Shown: one piece after another, positions 43,886 through 52,396 of the stretch
Numbering within the stretch: the first letter of the stretch is position 1
Layout of the letters: every line of letters begins with the position of its first letter
DNA from: an uncultured Actinomycetota bacterium
GTDB lineage: Bacteria; Actinomycetota; Actinomycetes; Streptosporangiales; Streptosporangiaceae
NCBI GenBank assembly: GCA_963799975.1
Contig: CAWCZF010000004.1
Location: forward strand, 312,744-376,743
DNA: 64,000 bases
Direction: 5' to 3'
Program-made: the position numbers and the translations under genes
Notes under the pieces: model-generated
Databases searched by the model: none
Told to the model about the DNA's origin: nothing
The model's input: only the letters and a program-made list of their open reading frames with translations

Positions 43886-46800
43886 CTACGTCTTCAAGGG
43901 CGCCGCTCCGCGTCGCCGGCCGGTCCATCCGGGCCGGGCGTGCGGCCTCTCCGGGCCGGTCCCGGCCCGGCCAACCGGCCCTACTCGTCTGGCTCTTGAA
44001 GCCACGGGAAGGTCTTCCCCGGTGAGCTGCCGCCAGACAGAGGTGACGGTCTCACGGTCCTTCTTGTGAGCTTGGCGCAGCATGCTCACGATGCCCTCGA
44101 CCAAGTCGTTGAGATCCCGTTCAACCGCGATCACCAACGCCTCAAAGAGGCAGCGAGTGCTTAGGCTCACCTGGCTGAGTTCCAGGAGAGCCATACCCAT
44201 AACCGTCGTGCTTCGGGCGAGGTCAGGGCGGTAGCGGTCGGGGTTGGTCTCGGCCAGCTCGCGATAGGTCTGACGGCTTCTTCGGTGACCGGGAGTGCCT
44301 CGGCCGGGCGGCCCAGCGCCGAGAACCGGACACCGAGGTTGGACAGGGAGGAGGCGAGGTCGGGGCGGTAGCGGTCGGGGTTGGTCTCGGCCAGCTCGCG
44401 GCGGATAGCGACGGCTTCTTCGGTGACCAGGAGTGCCTCGGCCGGGCGGCCCAGCGCCGAGAACCGGACACCGAGGTTGGACAGGGAGGAGGCGAGGTCG
44501 GGGCGGTAGCGGTCGGGGTAAGTCTCGGCCAGCTCGCGATAGGTCTGGACGGCTTCTTCGGTGACCGGTAGTGCCTCGGCCGGGCGGCCCAGCGCCGAGA
44601 ACATGGCGCCGAGGTTGGTCAGGGAGGAGGCGAGGTCGGGGCGGTAGCGGTCGGGGTAAGTCTCGGCCAGCTCGCGATAGGTCTGGACGGCTTCTTCGGT
44701 GACCGGGAGTGCCTCGGCCGGGCGGCCCAGCGCCGAGAACATGGCGCCGAGGTTGGTCAGGGAGGAGGCGAGGTCGGGGCGGTAGCGGTCGGGGTAAGTC
44801 TCGGCCAGCTCGCGATAGGTCGGGGATGGCTTCTTCGGTGACCGGGAGTGCCTCGGCCGGGCGGCCCAGCGCCGAGAACATGGCGCCGAGGTTGGTCAGG
44901 GAGGAGGCGAGGTCGGGGCGGTAGCGGTCGGGGTAAGTCTCGGCCAGCTCAGCGATAGGTCTGGACGGCTTCTTCGGTTGACCGGTGAGTGCCTTGGCCG
45001 TGCGGCCCAGCGCCGAGAACGGGATACCGAGGTTGGTCAGCGAGCGCGCGAGGTCGGGGCGGTAGCGGTCGGGGTGGTCAGCGGCCAGCTCGCGGTGGAG
45101 CGCGACGGCTTCCTCGGTCGACCGGCAGTGCCTCGGCCGGGCGGCCCAGCTCCGAGAGCATGACGCCGAGGTTGGTCAGCGAGGAGGCGAGGTCGGGGCG
45201 GTACGCGGTCGGGGTAAGTCGCGGCCAGTTCGCGGTAGATCTGCGACGGCTTCCTCGGACGAGCGGCGAGCGCCTCGGCCGGGCGGCCCAGCTCCGAGAA
45301 CCGGACACCGAGGTTGGACAGGGAGGAGGCGAGGTCGGGGCGGTACCGGTCGGGGTCAGTCGCGGCCAGTTCGCGATAGAGCGTGGACGGCTTCCTCGGT
45401 CGACCGGCAGTGCCTCGGCCGGGCGGCCCAGCGCCGAGAACCGGACACCGAGGTTGGACAGGGAGGTGGCGAGGGCGGGGCGGTAGAGGTCGGGCTCGGT
45501 CGCGGCCAGCTCGCGGCGGATCGCGACAGCTTCCTCGGCCGAGCGGCAGCGCCTCGGCCGGGCGGCCCAGCGCCGAGAACCGGACACCGAGGTTGGACAG
45601 CGAGGAGGCGAGGGCGGGGCGGTAGCGGTCGGGGTTGGCCGCGGCCAGCTCGCGGCGGATAGCGACGGCTTCCTCGGTGACCAGGAGTGCCTCGGCCGGG
45701 CGGCCCAGCGCCGAGAACATGACGCCGAGGTTGGACAGGGAGGAGGCGAGGTCGGGGCGGTAGCGGTCGGGGTGGGTCGCGGCCAGCTCGCGGCGGATCG
45801 CGACGGCTTCCTCGGTCGAGCGGGCAGCGCCTCGGCCGGGCGGCCCAGCGCCGAGAACTGGACGCCGAGGTTGGTCAGGGAGGAGGCGAGGTCGGGGCGG
45901 TAGCGGTCGGGGTAAGTCGCGGCCAGCTCGCGATAGATCGGGACGGCTTCTTCGGTCGACCGGGAGTGCCTCGGCCGGGCGGCCCAGCTCCGAGAACCGG
46001 ACACCGAGGTTGGACAGGGAGGAGGCGAGGTCGGGGCGGTAGAGGTCGGGGTAAGTCTCGGCCAGCTCGCGATAGGTCTGGACGGCTTCTTCGGTGACCG
46101 GGAGTGCCTCGGCCGGGCGGCCCAGCGCCGAGAACCGGACACCGAGGTTGGACAGGGAACGGGCGAGGTCGGGTAGGTAGATCTCGCGGTCGGTGTCGGT
46201 GAGGGTGCGGCACACTAAGGTAAGGAATTCGGTCAAAGTCGCGCTGAAGAACGCGCCGCTGACCGATGACTTGGGGAGCTGGTCGGCTACGGCGAACGCG
46301 TTTTGTTTGAACGCGGTCGGATTGGTGCGGCCGAGCTGGAGCAAGCCATGTCGCAGAATGACAGCTGTTTCCATGGTGGCCGCGAGTGGGGGAGCCGCCG
46401 CCGCGAACGGCGCCGGATGATCCACGATCAGGCCCCGTACCTGATCAGCGATTACGCGATATTCGGGGTGGCTAGTAGTGCGCAGGAGGGTGAACAGCGC
46501 CGCGTAGGCCGTGTCGAAGTCATCGATCAAATCAGCGACATGGCCCAGCAGTAAGGTCTGGGCCGACAAGATGTCGCCCAACAGGAGCTCGGCGAGGCGA
46601 TCGGGCTGGAGATGACCAACCCCGTCCTCAACCCCGGCGAGTGGGGGATACAGGGCCGCGAGCCAGCCCACCAGCCCCGCAACGATGCCATCGTCGCGTT
46701 CCTGCTCTTCCTTGTCAAGCCGGCGGCGAGTCCGGCGAGCGCCTGGCAGCGTTCCCGATCACACGGCCCCATCAAGATCAATGCCGCCACCGCCCGATCC

Positions 46801-48382
46801 AGTACGGCATCTTGTTCACGAACACGGGCATCGGGATCGAGCTGCGCCGACAAAACACCCTCGGCAAGCAGCCCGCGTCGGGCGGCCACCCGCCGTAAAT
46901 AGCGGCGTTCGTGGCGGATCAAGGCACGCTCTTCCCCCTTCCCAAGGGGCGGGCGTTCTTCACCCGTGGCCTCAGCGAGCAGATCAGTGAGCGCGGTGAT
47001 CTGCAACGTCAACGCATTCCCAAGACGATCGTCATCAAGATCGCGTGGAGCATCCGACAGCCGCTCCGCCAACGCCCTCCACCCGGAAGCCTCCACGCCC
47101 GGCACGGGCGGTTCTGGCAGCCGCGCCAGATGCTCGGCCAGCCCCTTGACCGCCGCCGCATACGCCTCCCGGCGCGATCGCCCTTCCTTTGTCAGGGCAC
47201 CGAGCCGCCGAAGGTCAGTGACGGCAGACCATGCATTGGTGAGATTGGTCCACCAGTCCCCCGCCGACCGTGCCAGCAACAACACCCGCACCATCCGAGC
47301 GGGTGGTTCCTCAGCCAAATCCGCCAATACCGCGATGTCGTTCGGGTTGGTCTCTGCATAGTCCGCGACGATCAGCACCGGCTGCGACGAACCCCGCACC
47401 CGGCCCACATACTCCCGCAGACCACCGGCAGGAAACCCGCCATCACCGTCACCGGCAGGATCGGCCGATCGCCGCAGAAATCCGGTGATCCACTCACCGC
47501 GCTGTGTGTCGGTGAGGAACTCTCGCGCCAACCGCGTCTTGCCTTGGCCGCCCTCCCCGGTCACGAGCAACATCGAGAACCGGTCTCGGCCATCGCGCCA
47601 CCGGCGCAACTCGGCCAGCACATCCCCACGGCCGCGAAAGCCCACGGCCTCTACCGCCGGTGCCAGCACCGAACCCGGCGTCCCCGCCTCCACCACCCCA
47701 GACGGAACCTGAAACAGATCACGCAGCTCTACCGACTCCACCACCGGTTCCACGCCGGTGTCCTCGGTGATCAGCTCCCTAAACTTCGCATCGGCCATGA
47801 TCTGATGGATGCGCACCGCATACAGCCGGTCATTGGAAAACCGCCCATCATCTTGTGCGGCGACACCGACCAACAAGCCGCGGCAAAAAACCGCAGCGCC
47901 CGATATACCAGCCCATTCATGACCGTGCACCACACGCGGTCCGCTGCGCTGGCCGAGCACGTATCCGCGTTTGGAACCGACCGCCAGCGGAGATAACCGG
48001 CCATCGAGCTGCTCCACACCCCGAACGGAGTCAAAATCCACGAACTCCGGGAATCCCAGACCCGTATAGTCCGCAGCGTCGCTTCCAGTGAAGCGGCCCC
48101 ACCGCACCGGCGGCGCCCCTGACACAAAAAGATCATCCAACCGGACCAGCGCCACATCATGGGCGATGCTTCGCCACACCGGAGTGGCCCCATGCTCACT
48201 CACCGGCCCCGCATCCGGATGGCCGAGAAAGACCCGCGCCGCGGCCACCATTCGCCGGTCGACTCATCCACCAGGACATGCCGAGCGGTCAACACCAGCC
48301 GCCGTCCAACCAAATACCCCGAACCGCCAAACGATTCCGCCATCGTCCCGGCTCGGACATCGGCTAGCCGCAAGCCGTCCAT
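43886..48382 (-). pseudogene. giant S1 (trypsin-like) peptidase domain - STAND-class P-loop NTPase - helical linker - TPR-type repeat protein; frame interrupted near 48245 and 46720 and repeatedly inside the repeat array. A shifted frame gives a more natural stop at 43981-43983 (...GEDLP-WLQEPDE*)
   Basis: The start ATG at 48380-48382 abuts the Trypco2 gene stop. Protease triad candidates: LTARHVL (His), HDVALVRL (Asp), AGISGAAVF (GxSG Ser). Walker A LLVTGEGGQGKTRLAREF, Walker B-like PVLIVADYAET, then VRVLLLARS. After ~250 aa of helical region come at least 14 repeats of consensus PDLASSLSNLGVRFSALGRPAEALPVTEEAVxxYRELAExxPDRYR. Confidence 0.8.
44200..46190 (-). repeat. tandem array of at least 14 near-identical ~138-bp (46-codon) coding repeats (TPR-type) inside the STAND gene
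   Basis: The motif ..GGCGGCCCAG ends at 44316, 44454, 44592, 44730, 44869, 45010, 45149, 45291, 45431, 45570, 45708, 45848, 45987 and 46125. Spacings are 138 x5, otherwise 139-142, never shorter. Confidence 0.9.
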
Positions 48383-48694
48383 TCACTCACCCCACGGGCG
48401 CGCCTGACGACGCCGCACATCGACCGGCACACCACCCGTCGCCGCATCCTTCACATCCAACTTCACCCGCAGCCGATGCGTATCCGCCCGCGCTACCTTC
48501 CCCGCTCCACCCAACGTCACCACACCTAACACCACCTTGCCGTCCACCCCGCCCTCCGACCGCGACTCCACCAAGAACTCCATCTCCACCTCGGTCACCC
48601 TGAACTGCAACTGCTGATCTTGAGCAGCGTCCTGCGCAACCCCCAACTCATCACGCAGCACCTCAAGCGCCTGACTCAACCCCACATACTCCAT
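48383..48694 (-). CDS. Trypco2-like (trypsin co-occurring domain 2) small protein
   Basis: The internal ATG at 48692-48694 gives 103 aa: MEYVGLSQALEVLRDELGVAQDAAQDQQLQFRVTEVEMEFLVESRSEGGVDGKVVLGVVTLGGAGKVARADTHRLRVKLDV. The pattern is helix, then 'F.V.EVE.EF.V', then 'K..hhVV.LGG.G......TH+h+V.L', which I recognise as Trypco2. The stop is directly adjacent to the protease-STAND start codon. Confidence 0.7.
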   Translation of the reverse strand: MEYVGLSQALEVLRDELGVAQDAAQDQQLQFRVTEVEMEFLVESRSEGGVDGKVVLGVVTLGGAGKVARADTHRLRVKLDVKDAATGGVPVDVRRRQARPWGE

Positions 48695-48900
48695 AACCCC
48701 GCCAACCCCGCTCCGTAGACACCAGACAGACAAAGTGTGACACCAGACGTCACTCCGAACCCGAAAACGACAAAACCGGATACGGCCAGGGACGAAGCAC
48801 GCCGCCACAGACCTGCCGCCGGCAGGCGCCACAACCCCCGAGTGCAGCCTCGCCCACCGACCTGCGCCGGCCAGCCAAGCCGGTTGAGCGAGCCCAAAGC

Positions 48901-48918
48901 GGGGGTCTCGAGACCCCC
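48901..48918. promoter_or_regulatory. perfect 18-bp palindrome GGGGGTCTCGAGACCCCC about 200 bp upstream of the Trypco2 start; hairpin or operator
   Basis: Read directly. A second inverted repeat, CCTGCCG-C-CGGCAGG, lies at 48812-48826. Confidence 0.35.
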
Positions 48919-48991
48919 AGCCCCCGCGAGCCGGAGCACTCACGCCCGCGAAACCGTCTATCACACCACCTCGCCGTCCGCGAGGGAGTGC

Positions 48992-49165
48992 GGGCTGCTT
49001 GACGAATTGTGCCTGACGCTCAGTCCGCAGATCGTGGGGGGAGCCGGGCCGCGCGTTCTTAACGGTCCTCTCATCGAGGGCTTGTCGATGCGGCTTGAAC
49101 TTCTCTTCGAGGAAGACGGCTTTCTGTTCATGCGCTACCTACGTGCGGACGATCCTGGCACCTGA
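48992..49165 (+). pseudogene. C-terminal fragment of a RibD_C / dihydrofolate-reductase-family protein (N-terminal ~3/4 missing)
   Basis: GLLDELCLTLSPQIVGGAGPRVLNGPLIEGLSMRLELLFEEDGFLFMRYLRA matches the last beta-alpha-beta units of the RibD C-terminal domain. The upstream in-frame sequence is non-homologous. Confidence 0.55.
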
Positions 49166-49224
49166 GCGCTATCACTCGGCGGCTCAGGTACGTCTGCACT
49201 CAAGATGCGGATGCACGAGAAGCG

Positions 49225-50135
49225 CTAGGTCAAGTTGTGGCGCGCGGTGGCCGGCGGACGCCAGCCCAAAATGCTCTCGACCATGCGAACCGATGGGACG
49301 ACGTTGGCGATGTCGTGCACTCGGACGATCCTCGCTCCCTGGAGAATGCACACGGAGAGGGTTGCAATAGTCCCCGCTAGGCGTTCGTTCTGCGGCAGGT
49401 CGAGGGTCTCGCCGATGAAGTCCTTGTTTGATACTGCAACCAGGGTCGGATAACCGATACCCGTGATTTCTGGCAGATGGCGGGTTAGTTCCAATGAGTG
49501 ATGCGTATTCTTATTGAGATCGTGGCCCGGATCGAGAATGATTCTGTCTTCCGGCACCCCATGGCTGACCGCCGCGTTCGCTTGCTGGCGAAGATGGCAG
49601 CGACCTCCCCGGCGACGTCTTCGTACGCGGGGCGTGGGAATGGCGTGCGTGGCGCTGCCAGGCTATGCGTGATGATCAAACCTGCTTCGGCCTCTGCGAC
49701 TGTGTCTGCCAAGGCTAGGTCGTGTAGGCCCGTAATATTGTTGATCACGTCTGCGCTGGCCGCTAGCGCTACGCGAGCGACTTCGGGCCGGTAGGTTTCG
49801 ACCGAGATGACCGCGTCGGTTCGTTCGCGGGCAGCCTTTACGAGGGGGAGGACGCGATCGATCTCTTCGCGCTCGGTCACCTCGGGGCCGGGCGAAAAGG
49901 GAACTCCGCCAATGTCGAGCCAATCCGCCTCATGGAGAATCGCATTCTCGACCGCCGTGATGGCCTTCGATAGATCGAAAGTGCGGCCACGATCATGGAA
50001 CGAGTCGGGAGTCCGATTGATTATCGCCATGACCGCAACCTGGCGCGAAAAGTCGAACCTCCGACGACCGATGGTCCGACGCGGACTTATGAAGTCAGGA
50101 TAGAAAATCTTAGGATTCGTTTCCATGAGACCCAA
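49225..50135 (-). pseudogene. second dihydropteroate-synthase-fold gene, FolP2-like (mycobacterial Rv1207 type); single frame interruption near 49583
   Basis: ...VMAIINRTPDSFHDRGRTFDL...ADWLDIGGVPFSPGPEV...VISVETYR.EVA..AL.A.ADVINNITG... / ...VPEDRIILDPGHDLNKNTHHSLELTRHL.E...GYPTLVAVSNKDFIGETL......RLAGTIA..SVCILQGARIVRVHD. The local sequence is visibly more AT-rich than the rest of the window. Confidence 0.8.
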
Positions 50136-50321
50136 CTTTGACGAAAGAGCGCGATGAATCGGACTCTCGGCAAGCTAACGGCGAAGCCGACGGTCTAACG
50201 TCTCCGAGCAGCCGCGACCAGGGAGAACAGCTCAAAGCTACGTCAGGGACTCGGGCCGGCGAGCGTCCTGACACGCGCCCGCAGGAGAGGGCGGGACTGG
50301 TGGAGGTAGACGAGTCGCAAG

Positions 50322-51233
50322 TCAGGACTGCCGTCGACGTACGTTGGTGACCAACCTCAGCAGCCCGAAGAACACCAACGCGCCGACCACGACAACGCTC
50401 ATCGCGATGGCTCGCTCCGAGAACGTCTTGGCCTTGACGATCACCGTTCCGGAGCCGATCAGAAAGCCCAGCAAGGTCACGAACAGGCCCAACACCTCAA
50501 CCATCTTCAACAGCCCCTCGGACACCAGTTCCTGAGCGACTGTTACCCGTTGGGTGAGATGCCGTGACGCCTCATCGATCTTCTGTTCCATCGCGGCTGA
50601 CGCCTGGTCGATCCGCTCGTCCACCCTGGCAGAGATCTCGTCCCCAAGAGCAGCGGCAGTCTCGGCCGCCTGCTGACGCATGTCGCGCGTGTTGATGATC
50701 GTTCGGCGCTCCTGCGCGTACTGCTCGTGGACGAGGATGTTCCCCACGCCGAACAGGTCGATCGCGAGATCGATGGCAGCAAGGGCTTCGTCGTACCTCC
50801 CAAGGCGCCGCAGTGCGGCAGCTCGCCGGTAGTGGATGTTCTCGTTGACCTCGCCTCTGGCCATCATGTCGTCGGCCAGGCTCAGCAAGGTCTCTGCCTG
50901 CTCCTCAAGATGATCAGCGAACCAAATCGCACTCAGGCAGACCTGGAGGCTCTTGTTGTCCGTGTCTGGCGCACGTACGGCCCGGTGGAAGAGATCGAGT
51001 CCGTTCGAGGCCCGCGAGCCGATACCGCCGAACGCCGCGAAGCTCATGATCAGTGCATCGTCGTGGAACTCACCCAGCCACTCATTGCAACGGGCCTGGC
51101 TCTCGCGAAACCGGTAGTCGAAGCGGAGCCGCTGACCGTGCACGTACGCCAAGACGAGCCGCTGCATACGAGAGCCGCTCAGCCCCCGCGCTGAACCCCA
51201 CTCCAGAGGCCCCGGGGTACCTCTGCTCGGCAA
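50322..51233 (-). CDS. hypothetical protein: TPR-like helical region, coiled coil, two C-terminal TM helices. It probably extends N-terminally to about 51505 through 1-2 frame interruptions near 51200
   Basis: 303-aa ORF. ...YRRAAALRRLGRYDEALAAIDLAIDL (TPR-like). ETAAALGDEISARVDERIDQASAAMEQKIDEASRHL (coiled coil). LKMVEVLGLFVTLLGFLIGSGTVIV and AIAMSVVVVGALVFFGLLRLV (TM helices). AT-richer codon usage, like folP2. Confidence 0.5.
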   Translation of the reverse strand: MPSRGTPGPLEWGSARGLSGSRMQRLVLAYVHGQRLRFDYRFRESQARCNEWLGEFHDDALIMSFAAFGGIGSRASNGLDLFHRAVRAPDTDNKSLQVCLSAIWFADHLEEQAETLLSLADDMMARGEVNENIHYRRAAALRRLGRYDEALAAIDLAIDLFGVGNILVHEQYAQERRTIINTRDMRQQAAETAAALGDEISARVDERIDQASAAMEQKIDEASRHLTQRVTVAQELVSEGLLKMVEVLGLFVTLLGFLIGSGTVIVKAKTFSERAIAMSVVVVGALVFFGLLRLVTNVRRRQS

Positions 51234-51970
51234 GACGTGCCAGCCACGCGAGATCGGTCGAGGCCGTGCGGATCTGGGGGAGGGTCGAGGCCGTAGCGTT
51301 CGACGGCGACGGCCAGGCCCGCGATCCAGCCGAGTCCGTCAGACGATGCCTGAGACGTGAAGTGGTCGACCAGCACAGCGGCGCGTTCCGCGGCGGGCGC
51401 GACCCTCATCCGCTCATCAAGGGCGGAGTCACCTTCGCCGGCATCCGATGGTGGAGCCTCATCCGCCGAACGCCGACCCTGCGGCGGGACGGGGCCTTGC
51501 ACCATGATCCTCCTAGCTCGCGCCGGGATGCGCCGACGTCATCCGGACTCAGCCGTGCCCGACCGGCATTCTAAGTCCAGGGCGAGCACTACGGCTCTGG
51601 GACGTCACCACCACAGGCCGCGGAAGGGGTACCGGTCGGTGTCGGTTACCCGCCTGGTGCTGCCGCACCGCTTCCGGTCCTCGGCGCGCTAGCGCGCACC
51701 TGCGGTCCGGGTCGGCTTGCCCCCGAATCACAGTGGTGCCGGCGCGTACGGGCGCGAGGAACTTGGCTCCGTCGAGAGGTCCACTCGCGCACGTGATTCG
51801 TTGGGTAGCTTGACGACGAGCTGGTGTGCTGAGGGCTCCAGTTCGCCAACCGGGCGCGGGCTCAGGTTGCTAACGCCGGTGCTAACGACCGCTCTGGACG
51901 GGCCTGGACAGGCTTGGACCGAGGAGAGGGCGGAGCGCAGGTCAGCGGTCAGATCTGGACGGCCGTGGAC

Positions 51971-52016
51971 ACCCTTAGCCTCACTCGTAATGAATAGGTC
52001 ATCGGTTCGATTCCGA
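51971..52016. repeat. attR: 46-bp copy of the tRNA-Thr 3' half
   Basis: Identical to 34238-34283. The upstream sequence lacks a D-arm, so this is not a second tRNA gene. Confidence 0.9.
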
Positions 52017-52110
52017 TAGGCGGCTCGTGCTTTGACCAGGGCGTTCACCTTAATCCGGTGGACGCCCTGAGTCATTCCGGCGGCAATTCCTGTTGCAGTT
52101 CCCGGGATGG

Positions 52111-52366
52111 TCACTGTGCCTCACCCCATAGAGCGCGCCCCATGCGCTGCATTCCGTCCTCGGCCATCGGTGACGCTACGTGCGTGTAGCGCTGGACGAG
52201 CCGGATGTCGGAGTGTCCGAGGATCTCCTGAACCGTGCGGACGTGGACGCCCTGCTCGATCAGCAGGGTCCCTGCGGTGTGCCGCCCGTCGTGCACACGA
52301 GCGGCACGGACGCCGGCCGCCGCGAGCTGTCGGCCTGCCGGATGGCGAGGCCGAGGCCACGCTCAG
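52111..52366 (-). pseudogene. C-terminal remnant (~85 codons) of a second tyrosine integrase
   Basis: ...LAAAGVRAARVHDGRHTAGTLLIEQGVHVRTVQEILGHSDIRLVQRYTHV (HxxR...Y box). There is an in-frame stop just upstream and no N-terminal domains. It has the same position and orientation relative to the att repeat as the intact int. Confidence 0.75.
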
Positions 52367-52396
52367 CAGCGCTCTCACCATGACTAGGGAGTCTCG

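Larger units (their letters stand above)
34238..52016. mobile_element. integrated pSAM2-type actinomycete integrative and conjugative element (AICE), 17,779 bp, in tRNA-Thr
   Basis: Flanking 46-bp direct repeats. The gene order int-xis-repSA-...-spd(DUF2637)-traB(FtsK-like)-pra, divergent from a GntR korSA, reproduces the pSAM2 backbone. Cargo follows up to attR. Confidence 0.88.

Noticed and set aside
44200-46190. Regular tandem repeats that could superficially be taken for a CRISPR array.
   Set aside because: The units are contiguous (no unique spacers) and 138 bp long. They lie inside a continuous coding frame encoding TPR-type helices, and no cas genes are nearby.
49225-50135. Calling the island DHPS a sul-type sulfonamide-resistance gene.
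   Set aside because: The sequence follows the FolP2 (Rv1207-like) pattern, not the Sul1/Sul2 pattern as I remember it. A resistance function is not supported by anything visible here.
51955-52016. Possible second tRNA gene at attR. The sequence CCTTAGC just upstream resembles the tRNA-Thr 5' region.
   Set aside because: Only the anticodon-loop-to-3'-end half (46 bp) is present. There is no D-arm and no 5' acceptor strand, so it is the att repeat and not a gene.
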